DNA of 41,288 bases from Octopus bimaculoides (GCF_001194135.2 NC_068990.1:77303457-77344744); one strand, 5' to 3'. Numbered from the stretch's first letter, positions 1 through 11,600 are shown. Made by a program: numbers and translations. The notes: generated from the letters alone by a model not told the origin.

Positions 1-339
1 ATATATATATATATACTATGAGAAAGTGTGAGAGAATACGACAGGGTGACGTGATCAAAAGTATGAGTCTCGGCGTAATGGAAGATAGTGAGATGTGAAA
101 CTATGATATAGGGAAAATGAAAGTGCGTATGAAATAGAAGACAGCGAGTAAGTGAAAGAGAAAAAATGTGAATGAGAGAAATATTATGTATGCAAACGTA
201 ACAGTGTGAGAAAGAATGTGACTGACTTACATGGCGTGATAAATGTAAAAAGCGATAAATAGATATGAACGGTTAGCTGAATAAATAATTAGATATATGG
301 TGGATTGATACGTAAATAAATACTTAAATATACATATAT

Positions 340-445
340 GTGTATATGTGTGTGAGTGTATGTGTGTATATATATATATATAAATATATATACACATATA
401 CATATGCATACACACACATACTCATACACACACACACACGCATAT
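340..445. repeat. (TA)n/(CA)n mixed microsatellite running into an assembly gap (N 446-587)
   Basis: Directly visible dinucleotide runs. Confidence 0.9.
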
Positions 446-654
446 NNNNNNNNNNNNNNNNNNNNNNNNNNNNNNNNNNNNNNNNNNNNNNNNNNNNNNN
501 NNNNNNNNNNNNNNNNNNNNNNNNNNNNNNNNNNNNNNNNNNNNNNNNNNNNNNNNNNNNNNNNNNNNNNNNNNNNNNNNNNNNNNNTATGGTTTCATAG
601 ATAGAATTAGAGAGGCAGATAGTTAAATCGATTTATATATAGAAAGATAGATGG

Positions 655-655
<1 letters not shown>

Positions 656-699
<44 letters not shown>
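656..699. repeat. (GATA)n tetranucleotide microsatellite
   Basis: About 10 tandem GATA units visible. Confidence 0.95.
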
Positions 700-842
700 C
701 CTGGTGCGAGTTAAAAAGAGAGGGGAAGGGGAGAGTCAGAAAGCAAGAGAAAGAGAGAAAATACAATCGAATGAACAATTGACAAAGATTAGAAAGTCGA
801 AGATCGACAAATTGAGAGATTGCTTGATATATAAAGAGAGAA

Positions 843-845
<3 letters not shown>

Positions 846-889
<44 letters not shown>
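846..889. repeat. (GA)n microsatellite
   Basis: Visible GA run. Confidence 0.95.
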
Positions 890-891
<2 letters not shown>

Positions 892-1298
892 AGTAAGTTA
901 GAAAAAGATTCTTGCGTAAAAAATGGCGGAGAGCAGAGATAGTTAAGGGGTAAATGAGAAGGAAATGAAAGCATAATATCCATGTGTTGTAACAGGCGTG
1001 AAATTTTAATGAACAGAAAATAGAAACACGATTTAATCGAGTCGAAGTCAATTGAAAACACGCAAGCTATACACAAACTGCGCATGTACAAGTATTTTAG
1101 AAAAAACAAATCGTTCACAAAATTTCGGTGCGTGTTAGTTGTAATGCCGCTAATTATGGCAAGGAAATATTTTACAAGTCATTGCTATCCCGCACAACCC
1201 CATCCTCTCCAAAGAAACAAGTCATTGAAAAGGAGAGAAGACGTAGGTTCCAATCCTTTGGGGTTTTCGGCACTAAAAATTTATTTTTCGTTCTCAAA

Positions 1299-1427
1299 GG
1301 AGCGAGTATTCTTCTGAATAGTACGTTTGGCTCCCAACCTCATGGTTCTGGGTTCAGTCCCACTGTGTGACACCTTAAGGAAGTGACTTCTTCTACTAGA
1401 GACTCAAGCTGACATAGACATACACAC

Positions 1428-1502
<75 letters not shown>

Positions 1503-1743
1503 TATGTCTATGTGTTTGTGTCTGTGTGTGTGTTTGTCCCCTACTACCGTTTGACAACCAGTGATTGTATGTTTATGTCTCCGTAATTTAGCGGTTCGGC
1601 TAAAGAGACCGAAAGAATAAGTACCAGGCTTTAAAAAATAAATGCTGAGGTCGATTCGTTCGACAAAAAAAAACAAAAACCCTTCAATGCGGTGCCCCAG
1701 CATGGCCGCAGTCCAATGACTGAAACAAGTAAAAGATAAAAGA
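1299..1743 (+). mobile_element. SINE family A (tRNA-derived head, internal (TG)n, GAAACAAGTAAAAGA tail), decayed copy
   Basis: B-box-like GGGTTCAGTCCCACTG near 1350, internal TG run, and 3' block TTAGCGGTTCGGC...CCAGCATGGCCGCAGTC-AATGACTGAAACAAGTAAAAGA, which aligns to the young copy at 40278-40701. Confidence 0.85.
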
Positions 1744-2171
1744 TGTGTTTGACGCTTCAAACCTAGGTTAATCACTAATAAATCAAATTTAATTAAAAAC
1801 AAGGAGAACATTCTAAAATAAGATCACAAAAAAAGAAAGATATAGAAGTTTTTGAACTAAAAAAAAAGAGAAAAGAAAACTAGTAATGAATTTAAAAATA
1901 ATACTAATAATAATTTAGCGATGAAAACAATTTTAGATTTTAAAAACAAAGGAAAATGTTGCAGAAAAATCCTGACAAATTTCAAAAATTGTGAACAGAA
2001 ATGCTATAATACAATTACATAGTNNNNNNNNNNNNNNNNNNNNNNNNNNNNNNNNNNNNNNNNNNNNNNNNNNNNNNNNNNNNNNNNNNNNNNNNNNNNN
2101 NNNNNNNNNNNNNNNNNNNNNNNNNNNNNNNNNNNNNNNNNNNNNNNNNNNNNNNNNNNNNNNNNNNNNNN

Positions 2172-2214
<43 letters not shown>

Positions 2215-2860
2215 ATTTGCATATATATATATTTGTACACATGCACTCGTTAGTGTCTATTTACACTCATTACTTTCCTAATTTTCCCTGGTTTCCATTA
2301 AAATACTCTGGCTTCATACCTATCCATTTTTCACTTCGCTTCACCGGAACTGCTGAACGCTATTTAGTAATGCATGAACAGAATGTAGATTCGAATCCTT
2401 CTACTATGATTTTTCTAGAGTTCTATCAAACAACCTCCTCCTCCTCCTCCTTCGCTGCCACTTCCTTCTTCGTCGCCACCTCCTTCTTCTCGTCGCCGTC
2501 GTCGTCACCGTCATCATCGTCGTCGTCGCCGTCGTCGTCGTCATCATCATCTAATCATATATAATGTTATTTCTGACTCTGTGAAGCGGTACGTTGTAAG
2601 GACCTTAATAATGGAACGAAATCTAGGAAATAATTGAGAATGAAACGAGTTCGAGTGTTATGCGTTGAAAAGGCTTTAACTATAGAATGTTTATACTTTC
2701 AAAAGCCTTAACTATGGAAAGGCATAGAAAAAAATCGATATCGTTATCATAAGGAATAATTGGTTTGAACGCCTATAATTTTATTCATCAAATTAGAAAT
2801 AAGAACGTTTATAAAATGTAACATTTTCGCGGGACTTATGAAACGTCGTTGTTGTTGTTA

Positions 2861-2891
<31 letters not shown>

Positions 2892-2905
2892 CATCATTAA
2901 CATCC

Positions 2906-3109
2906 GGACGGCGAGTTGGCAGACTCGTTAGCACACCGAGCAAAGTGCTTAATGGCATTTCGTCTGTCATTACGTTCTGAATTCAAATTCCGTTAAGGCC
3001 GACTTTGCTTTTATCCTTTCGGGGTCAATAAACTAAGTACCAGTTGTGTAATCGTGTATCCCCTCCCCCAAATTTCAAGCCTTGTGCCTATGGTAGGAAG
3101 GATTATTAT
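2906..3109 (+). mobile_element. SINE family C (tail type C1)
   Basis: GGCGAGTTGGCAGA..GTTAGCAC head, GTTCTGAATTCAAATTCC B-box-like motif, GACTTTGC..TCCTTTCGGGGTC body, CCTTGTGCCTATGGTAGGAAGG tail; aligns to 39652-39871. Confidence 0.9.
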
Positions 3110-3131
3110 CAATATTTTACTTGCGTGACTT

Positions 3132-3275
3132 TAGATTCTGAGTTCAAATCTCACCAAGGTCGACTTTTTCTTTCAATCTTCTGGATAGATGAAACTATAT
3201 TCTAGATAATTAATGGAGTTGATATATTCGACAATGCTCTGAGTCCAAAATATGCAACCTTAGGCCTCAGTCAAA
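3132..3275 (+). mobile_element. Highly decayed family C SINE fragment
   Basis: TTCTGAGTTCAAATCTCACCAAGGTCGACTTT matches the family C core; the downstream match is weak. Confidence 0.5.
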
Positions 3276-3458
3276 AATAATCTGTATATTAATGCAATAT
3301 TATGTTCCTACCTGTTGCGTATGGAAAGTAACTCAAATAGAGTAAGGAAGATATAGTTATGGTAATAGTGTTAGCGGAGGTGGGTTGGTGACATTGGTGT
3401 TGATAATGGTGAATGAAAAAGATACGGAAGGGAGTGGGGAGAAAAGTAGTAAAATAGG

Positions 3459-3489
<31 letters not shown>

Positions 3490-3809
3490 AAGTTTGGAGA
3501 AAATAGAGCGATTGTCAGGGGAGAGAAAACAAAGAGAGGGAGAGAGACAGAGACAGAGAGAGAGGCAGAAATAGGGAAAATATGAATATATAAACAGAGA
3601 GAGATAGGGAGAGAATATGAGAGAAAATACAGAAATAGAGAAAACCGGAGAAAATGGAGAACAAAAGATATGCTAATGGTTAATGGTAGTGGTGAAAGTG
3701 ATGATGGTTCTCATACTAAAATGTCTGAGGGTAGGAGTGAAAACGGAGAGGAAGATAACGCTAGAAAGAGAGGTGGGAATAAGAAAGAAAAAAATAAGAA
3801 GTGAGAAAC

Positions 3810-4740
3810 TAAGTACGTTCGGGAATTTACTCTTCCCATTAATAACTTTATTTTGTCTATTTCTGACATTGCCGGAAGCCCAACATTATTCTTAGTTTCT
3901 TGTCTCACTTCGTTTTCTCAACCCCTTGAGTTATGGTACCATCTTGAAAGGGTCTGTGTCGCAACCCAGTTTTCTATGTATTGTAGATATTACCAGGTCT
4001 ATAAGTTTGTAGAGTTTTAAGTAATGCTATATGATTCAACATTTCAACGGAATTTAGACCAGGAGCTCTCTTCTCATCCCGGAACTTCTTCAACTTGAAA
4101 CTCAGTCTTACATTGTATTTAGACAATACACCACTTGCAGAGTTGAATTATTCTCAGTTTATATTCTCTTCTAAGTCATTGACCATCTTTAACAGTATTA
4201 GTCTATATAACACAGTGTCTCTAAACATAGCATAGATCAGTGGTTCCTAACCAGGATCCATATGGCCTTAGGGGGTCCATATAAGATTTTGTTGTTAAAA
4301 TTACGTGCTCTAAATTGGATATACTTTTACAATACACAAAACATTTTAATGATTTTATTATACAATTTTTAACAATATTTAATTATAAAAATAATACAAG
4401 ATTTTTTGACATCGAATAGTTACGAGGGGCCATCCGAGTAAAACACGAACCAAAGGGGTCCATACATGAAAAATTGTTGAGAAACACTGGCATAGGCGAA
4501 CCACATGTAAAGCAGTACATTTTTCTTTCTGGAAATTTGCAGTTTTCCCTTTGGAGTAGTGTTCGCCTGATAAGTTGCTAGCACTTCTGTTTTCCTTCAG
4601 TGTAGTCTAAACATTTGGAATTCGAAACCTCTCCATTTCTTCTCACTCCTGTCTGAGGAATCTTTTGGGTCGGTGGAATTACTTCCGTACATTGATCAGC
4701 AATTGACAATTAGTTTCATTTTCTCTTAGTTGCCATTCTT
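3810..4740 (-). mobile_element. Decayed non-LTR retrotransposon ORF2 fossil (tether to RT domain 1, RTE-like), interrupted by a hAT MITE
   Basis: Minus-strand peptides, with stops and frameshifts, occur in the expected order: KKFRDEKRAPGLNSVEML (cf. KxxKAPGxDxIxxEML), IYNT*KTG..RPFQDGTIT (cf. IWxTGxxPxxWKxGxI), GLPAMSEIDKIKLLMGRV (cf. SLLxxxSKIxxKILLxRI). Consensus recalled, not searched. Confidence 0.55.
4238..4489. mobile_element. hAT-like MITE (252 bp)
   Basis: TIRs CAGTGGTTCCTAAC (4238-4251) and reverse-complement CAGTGTTTCTCAAC (4476-4489) match 11/14. Flanking 8-mers GCATAGAT and GCATAGGC match 6/8 with central TA, as for a hAT 8-bp TSD. Confidence 0.85.
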
Positions 4741-6073
4741 CTTCTTCTTCTTCTCCTCTGTACCACTCATAAATGACTACGATGTCAACAATAAACCACA
4801 TACCTAATAACAACTATCCCTGATCTTTTTTTGCGCCGAGTACCGGTTTCATACAAAGCAATTTTTCCATGAACTGAGAGAATCACCATGAGGACTACGA
4901 TAGCCAACAAAATATTTTTTTCTGTACGGCCCGGGACCGAATTATTCTCGGCCTGGTGTTTCGGAACCCCTACTTTACTTTATACGGTCCTGAAGGCGAT
5001 AATTGTGTTTAAACTAAGCCCAGTAATGTGAAATTAATTGCTCAATGAAACCACAAATGTGAAAGCATGTTTCCCTTAGACTAAGATATTTCGTTATTCA
5101 TATGTATGAATCTGATGTATGAATCTTACCTGTATTGATTTTTTCCGAAATATTTCCTTTAATATTCTTAAATTATCCTAACTTAGACGTAGAATTTAAT
5201 ATACTTTGTATTACTCAATATTAACAACTCGGGTCATACAGGTCAAAGAAAATATCTAAATTAGTCAATGGCAGTCTAATGTGGTCCATAATGAAAATAA
5301 GAAAACAACGTTCTTTCATCTCTTCATTCAAAACAATGTTTTCATAAATTTGATCTGCAGTACAGATTTATTTTGTTTATTGAAAAATGTCATTATATAG
5401 TTATAAATGATATGAAAATATACTAAAATGTGAACTTCAATAGTCTTTAACCCAACAATATGAGAATGACTTGGAGTCATTTAACTCTTTTGATATCGAT
5501 AGTTTGTAAACACGAAATGCTGTTGACTGATATTTTCACTAATTATGATAACAAAGGCTTTCAAAAACATTCCATTCTCTACAGAAATAAATATATTTAT
5601 ATAAATTAACGACGAATTTTCTTACAATTCCTCACCTTTTTTCTTTACGAAAACTCGGGAAAATCGTATGCTATTAAACATAATTGATTTTGCTTTTGCT
5701 ATAAACTGGTTCGGTGTTTTGAGAAAAATACATGCCAAATATATGATTGTTAACGCTAACAGCAACATATAGTGGAGAACCTGTCGTCTTATTGAAAATA
5801 CACATTAAAACTGCTGCTACCTCTAGTCACTACTACTTCTAGCGGCCGAGCGTCTATCATTGATAAAACCAAGGAAGGTCGAAACTACGTGATCTTGTGG
5901 TCTCGGCGCTGGTTGTGGCAGGAATTTATCTCCCCGCCAGCAAGGTAAACAAGAGTGTATGAGTTTCTCTCGTGGTATCTACAGCAGTATAGTTTGTTCT
6001 TATAGAACATTCACGTTTAAGTGGGAATAAAAATTAACACTTCAAACCTTTAAACCACAGGAATATCGTGTAA

Positions 6074-6286
6074 ATGGTTTGAAATTTTGACATAAGGCCA
6101 GCAATTTCGAGGTGGGGTATAAGTCGATTAGATCGACCCCTGTATTCAGCTGGTACTTATTTTATCGGTCCAGAGAGAATAAAATAAAAAATCAACCTCG
6201 ACGGAATTTGAACTCAGAACGGAAAGATGCACGAAATGTCGCTGAGCATTTTGCCCAGTATGCAAACGATTCTGACAGCTCACTGC
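6074..6286 (-). mobile_element. SINE family C (tail type C3, TTGGTTTCAAATTTTGGCAC-like end)
   Basis: Aligns to 22453-22669 and 33874-34084. Confidence 0.85.
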
Positions 6287-6305
6287 GGTACAATAACTTA
6301 ATGGC

Positions 6306-6512
6306 CCTTTCTACCATAGGCACAAGACCTGAAATTTGGAGAAGAGGGGAAGTCGTTTACACTGACCCCAATGTTCAAGTAGTACTTATTTTATCGACCC
6401 CGAAAATATAAAAGACAAAATCAATATTGACGGAATTTGAACTCAGAACGTAAAGACACACGAAATGCCGCTAAGCGTTTTTCCCGGCGTGCTAACGATT
6501 CTGCCAGCGAGC
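6306..6512 (-). mobile_element. SINE family C (tail type C1), tandem with the previous copy
   Basis: CTTTCTACCATAGGCACAAGACCTGAAATT tail and GGAATTTGAACTCAGAACGTAAAGAC core. Confidence 0.9.
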
Positions 6513-6649
6513 AATGATAGCAAAAAATTATAACACATGAATGTGTCACACTATTGTAAAAAAGATATGGACCTGAGAATCTCTCGGCGAATATCCCTCT
6601 CTAAACTGTAATTAGTGGATTAAAAACATGTGTGAGATACCTATGAATA

Positions 6650-7069
6650 CTTTTATCTTTTGTTCGTTTTAATCATTGGACTGTGGGGCCATGCTGGGGC
6701 ACCGCCTTGAAGAATTTATTCGAACAGGTACCTTTGTTAAAGTCTGGTACTTACTATATCGTTTGGTTTTTCTGTTTTTTTTTTTTTTGCCGAACGGTCA
6801 AGTTACGAGGACTTAATCAAACCAACACTGATTGTCAAGCGATGATGGAGAGAAAATACACACACACACAAACACACACACACATAAACAGACACACGTA
6901 CACACAAACATGACAGGCTTCCATACAGTTTCCGTCCACCATTTTTGCACACACGGTACTGGTCGACCCGGTGCTGTAGTGGACGACAGTTGTCCAAGGA
7001 ATCGCTCAATGGGGCTTAAACCGAAACAACGTAAAGTGAAATTCTTAGTTACGTAGCCAAGCCTGTGCC
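6650..7069 (-). mobile_element. SINE family A, old divergent full-length copy
   Basis: Reverse complement starts GGCACAGGCTTGGCT..., includes GACGGAAACTGTATGGAAGCC and a CA run, and ends with a tail matching GCCATGCTGG..CACCGCC. Confidence 0.8.
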
Positions 7070-7250
7070 ACATACATACATACATACATACATGCGGACG
7101 TACACACATGCATGCGGACATACATACATACATACATACATATATACATGCATACACACCACGCACACACAGACACAGTACACACACACACACACACACA
7201 CTCGAAATCACACAAACACACACACATGTGCACACGTTGATGCACACACC
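7070..7250. repeat. (TACA)n/(CA)n mixed microsatellite
   Basis: Visible. Confidence 0.9.
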
Positions 7251-7346
7251 ATATTTCAAAGTTTACTTACTACATCCAAGCTGTTTTCCTTCAGAAAACA
7301 GCTTGAGATAAAAAAAAAAACAACAGAAAATCATCTCCTTGTTTCG

Positions 7347-7380
<34 letters not shown>

Positions 7381-7957
7381 NNNNNNNNNNNNNNNNNNNN
7401 NNNNNNNNNNNNNNNNNNNNNNNNNNNNNNNNNNNNNNNNNNNNNNNNNNNNNNNNNNNNNNNNNNNNNNNNNNNNNNNNNNNNNNNNNNNNNNNNNNNN
7501 NNNNNNNNNNNNNNNNNNNNNNNNNNNNNNNNNNNNNNNNNNNNNNNNNNNNNNNNNNNNNNNNNNNNNNNNNNNNNNNNNNNNNNNNNNNNNNNNNNNN
7601 NNNNNNNNNNNNNNNNNNNNNNNNNNNNNNNNNNNNNNNNNNNNNNNNNNNNNNNNNNNNNNNNNNNNNNNNNNNNNNNNNNNNNNNNNNNNNNNNNNNN
7701 NNNNNNNNNNNNNNNNNNNNNNNNNNNNNNNNNNNNNNNNNNNNNNNNNNNNNNNNNNNNNNNNNNNNNNNNNNNNNNNNNNNNNNNNNNNNNNNNNNNN
7801 NNNNNNNNNNNNNNNNNNNNNNNNNNNNNNNNNNNNNNNNNNNNNNNNNNNNNNNNNNNNNNNNNNNNNNNNNNNNNNNNNNNNNNNNNNNNNNNNNNNN
7901 NNNNNNNNNNNNNNNNNNNNNNNNNNNNNNNNNNNNNNNNNNNNNNNNNNNNNNNNN

Positions 7958-7993
<36 letters not shown>

Positions 7994-8009
7994 GTATATA
8001 TATATATGA

Positions 8010-8090
8010 CATTTGAAATTTAGTTCACGGACCCCAGTACTAACACTACAGACCGCCAGGGGTCCGCGGACCCCAGGTTGGAAACCACGG
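8010..8090. mobile_element. Single terminus of a hAT-like element (other end probably in gap 7381-7957)
   Basis: GGGGTCCGCGGACCCCAGGTTGGAAACCACGG resembles the GGGGTCC...GGTTGRGAACCACTG termini of hAT MITEs, and shares GGGGTCC with 4238-4489. Confidence 0.6.
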
Positions 8091-8139
8091 CTCCAAATGC
8101 TTTCAGTACTGTCTTTAACTTCCATTACTCCATATTTTG

Positions 8140-8358
8140 ACACACACACACACACACATATCAGGTATGTATGTATGTATGTATGTATGTATGTATGTAT
8201 GTATGTATGTATGTATGTATGTATGTATCTATCTATCTATGCATACATAAATATCACCATGAGCATGCGTTTAACGTATGTAAGGATACTTTAATTCCTG
8301 CTGAAGCATTATCTGAAGGAGAAATCAACAGGAAATATAGAATAGAATACATTATACA

Positions 8359-8428
<70 letters not shown>

Positions 8429-8430
8429 AT
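8140..8430. repeat. (CA)n, (TATG)n, (TACA)n and (TA)n microsatellites
   Basis: Visible. Confidence 0.9.
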
Positions 8431-8562
8431 ATTATATATTTTTCTATTTCACAAAAAAAATTTGCACTAACTTTACAAACTTCGCCATGGGGAGGCTTTG
8501 TTCAAAATGCTCCAATATATATGTATATGCGCACGACGAATTTGTGTGTATGGGAGTATGCA

Positions 8563-8602
<40 letters not shown>

Positions 8603-9234
8603 TGTGTGTGTTTCGATGGGTATGAATGTATGAGTGTATGAATGTATGTGTGTATGTATACATGTATGTATGTAAATAAAGCTGCATAAATTGTTGTCAC
8701 GATTCTGAAATGTAATTTCTCATCTGTAATTTGTTCATCATTCAAAAATCTGTAATGCACAAACTGCATATATATGTGTGTGTGTGTGTGTGTGTGTATG
8801 TGTGTATGTATGTACGTGTGTGTGTGCTTGTGTGTGCGTGTGTGTGTATGTATGTGTGTTTGTAAGTATGCATATATATTCTAAAGGTTAAGAGGTTTCA
8901 CATGAATTCACACACACACATACGCATGTATATGCGTGCCTGTATGCGTGCATGCATACTTATTTTTTCTTCGCTCTTCTTGAATATCTATATATTATTT
9001 TGTTTAAACCATCCTCATTTCTCTGTAATTTCTATAATTTTATCGATTCCACGAGCAAACTAATTATTTTCAGACTTGATTCTCATTTTCGTCAAAATTT
9101 TACTCCAGCTTCCATTTAAAAAAAAAAAAAAGTGCTTCTTTATTTTCATTTCGTCAAATTTAACTCTAGATTACATTTTAAGAAATGTTTCATTTGAAAT
9201 CTTATTTCTGATAAGAAAGAAAAACCGAGTAAGA

Positions 9235-9268
<34 letters not shown>

Positions 9269-9819
9269 TGTCCTCATTATCTTATTTCTCACCGACACAC
9301 AAACGCGCATGCTCACATACATAAATACCTATACACAAAACACGTATTCACGAAGAACCTGATAGGAAATAGAGATAAGAAATATAGAAATAACAGCTAA
9401 GTGGTGGCTTTCAGTTATGTGGCGCAGAGAAATAGATGGATATAGCAATGACGTAAATGGCTCTAAGTCTAATGGACAAAGAAGCGAAGAGCAGGGTTAG
9501 CAAGCTGTTTTTATTAATGGAAAGCTAGACGTTCTAGAAACTACCACGAGAAACGCTAAGCTTCTTGAATAATTAAGAATCACGTCTCATGACACAGATG
9601 CTTCGAGAAGCTTAGTAAAGGGAGGTTACTCTATAAATCTTCTTGCAAGAGAGATCATTCAACTATTTAGCTACATAGACTACTACAACATAATCCAGAG
9701 ACCAATATGGGGTAAGATATTCTATATCAATATGGGTCGCTGTCTCAGGGATATGGGAACGCCATGATCTCAAGCACAAGCAAATGATCCCCAAAATATT
9801 CACTGGCATTCTTTGCATA

Positions 9820-10070
9820 CTGTCCTGGCCAAAAGTTTGGAATTTTTTCTTAAATAAAAATTGTTAGGTCCAAGTACAAATCAATTCAAATATATACAAC
9901 GTAGAGATTTACTTACCTGATAACTGATCAATTTAAGATAAATATTCTAATTTTCAGACCTATATTCCGAACTTTTGGCCGAGTAATAATATATAGCAAA
10001 TTAAACTTTGGGCATTTAATATAAAAGTTCTAATTTTCAGACTTATGTTCCAAACTTTTGACCACGACTG
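9820..10070. mobile_element. Tc1/mariner-like MITE (251 bp)
   Basis: 23-bp TIRs CTGTCCTGGCCAAAAGTTTGGAA and reverse-complement CAGTCGTGGTCAAAAGTTTGGAA match 20/23. TA lies at the left flank (9818-9819) and CA at the right. The CAGT..GGCCAAAAGTTT pattern is typical of Tc1 ends. Confidence 0.85.
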
Positions 10071-10281
10071 CATAATCTGGTTGATATCGGTGTGACCTTT
10101 CCTAGAGACATGCTTTAACAAACGCTAAGGGATACCTCTCTCACAATTCGTAATTTCTGAGAGCCCGTGCTATTGTTAGACAGTCGTTTGAACATGCACT
10201 TGGTTTATCTGTTCTTTTACCAGGTCTTGTTTTAAGTCCTGCTGGGTTTCTACCTATGTTGATCATCAGGCAAGTTTAGTG

Positions 10282-10356
10282 TGGGTGTCGGTTTAGTTGC
10301 CGACAACCTGACCACGCAACAGGTTGTACTGGTTTCCATGTTACCAGTAGCACTCA
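10282..10356 (+). other. Predicted four-way-junction (cloverleaf-like) secondary structure; not a canonical tRNA
   Basis: Manual pairing: outer 7-bp stem (2 G-U), 3-4-bp arm, perfect 8-bp arm and perfect 6-bp arm, with 0-1-nt linkers. Pairing is visible in the sequence; function is unknown. Confidence 0.35.
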
Positions 10357-10412
10357 TGAGAAACCGCACAAGTGACCTGACACATGTGTGTGGGTTTGTG
10401 TGTGTGTATGTG

Positions 10413-10459
<47 letters not shown>

Positions 10460-10595
10460 TATGTTTGTGTGCTTGTAAATGGGAAGCGTCCACAGCACAA
10501 ACCACAGAAAAGATTTCATGACATCGTAAAAAAATTACAATCTTAACAAGTGTGTTTGTTGGAAACACTTCGCACTGAACAGAAGTGGACGGCTA

Positions 10596-10900
10596 TTTAT
10601 AACGAAGATCAATATCCTACAATTTGGGGAAATTCTATTTTTCCCTCAAATAGCGAAACAGAAGCTGTATGATAGATGATCCAATGATAATCTCACCTAT
10701 GCAGTCTTTGTTTCCATGATACTTTCATATTTCGGGTTTGTCATCCATGAAAATTCATATATCAGAAGACCAGCACCGAATGCTTGTATGTATACACTTC
10801 CGATGGCACCAATGGAACACTGCTATCCTTTTTGTCCAAAAGCGTACTCATCTACTCCTGGACTTAAAATCTATTCTGGATTTTAAACGAATGTATACAG
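10596..10900 (-). mobile_element. Possible decayed Tc1-family transposase DDE fragment
   Basis: Minus strand gives PVYIRLKSRIDFKS, then GAIGSVYIQAFGAGLLIYEFSWMTNPKYESIMETK (10706-10810), then *DIDLRYK (10596-10619), which is four substitutions from QDNDPRHK. The WPSQSPDLNPIE motif was not found. Confidence 0.3.
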
Positions 10901-11189
10901 GCGGAGATGCTATCGATGTTATTGTTGATCAAAATTATACGCTACATTTTCCACTCCTAAAATTTGTCATATAATAAAATCATCAGAAAATTTTCCGCTG
11001 TTTCCACCAAACGTATTTCACATGTGGGCTGACAATAAAGTTGTGTTTATGGCAAATATACTTCACCAAACTGCCCCGCAGTTTTATTTGTTTATTATTT
11101 ATTTATCTATTTATTTATTTAAGCCAGAGAGTTAAAAGAATTTAAAAGAAGCAAAGCTCTTACTCGCTTCTTCAGGCCTATGTCCATTT

Positions 11190-11600
11190 ACACTCAAGCG
11201 CGCGCGCACACACAAACACACTCACTCACACACACATACACACATGCAGATATGAGCGCGCACGCACATATACATACATACAGACATACACACACAGACA
11301 CACACANNNNNNNNNNCACGCACATATACATACATACAGACATACACACACAGACACACACACACACACACACACACATGCATGCCCCTCCACACACGAA
11401 CGCACACACGCACACACACACACATACAGACACGCGTGCATACACACACATACACTAGCAAACACACACACACATGCTTACCCCCCCCCCCACACACACA
11501 CACGCACACATGCAGACTCATGCACGCACANNNNNNNNNNCCCCCCCCCCCACACACACACACGCACACATGCAGACTCATGCACGCACACGTACTCACA
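11190..11600. repeat. Degenerate (CA)n tract with two 10-N gaps
   Basis: Visible; gaps at 11307-11316 and 11531-11540. Confidence 0.9.

Noticed and set aside
919-1086. YY1-like AAAATGGCGG (about 920-930) and NRF1 half-site TGCGCATG (1079-1086)
   Set aside because: Isolated motifs 150 bp apart in AT-rich, non-CpG context, with no exon signal.
5130-5177. Possible 48-nt minus-strand exon DNLRILKEIFRKKSIQ with CAG|GTAAGA donor
   Set aside because: Weak acceptor, AT-rich composition, no recognisable homology, and phase not linkable to the other candidates.
5833-5945. GC-richer patch with AAG|GTAAAC donor (GRASIIDKTKEGRNYVILW...)
   Set aside because: No convincing acceptor or recognisable protein.
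10218-10269. Hammerhead-like core on the minus strand (CTGATGA, 12 nt, GAAA, with a possible GUA site) beside the cloverleaf
   Set aside because: Stem II is at most 1-3 bp and stem I does not pair in type I or type III topology without a slip; this motif spacing is plausible by chance in 41 kb. An Infernal hammerhead scan would settle it.
11481-11590. 50-bp exact duplication flanking a 10-N gap
   Set aside because: Identical sequence on both sides of a placeholder gap is a typical contig-overlap scaffolding artefact.
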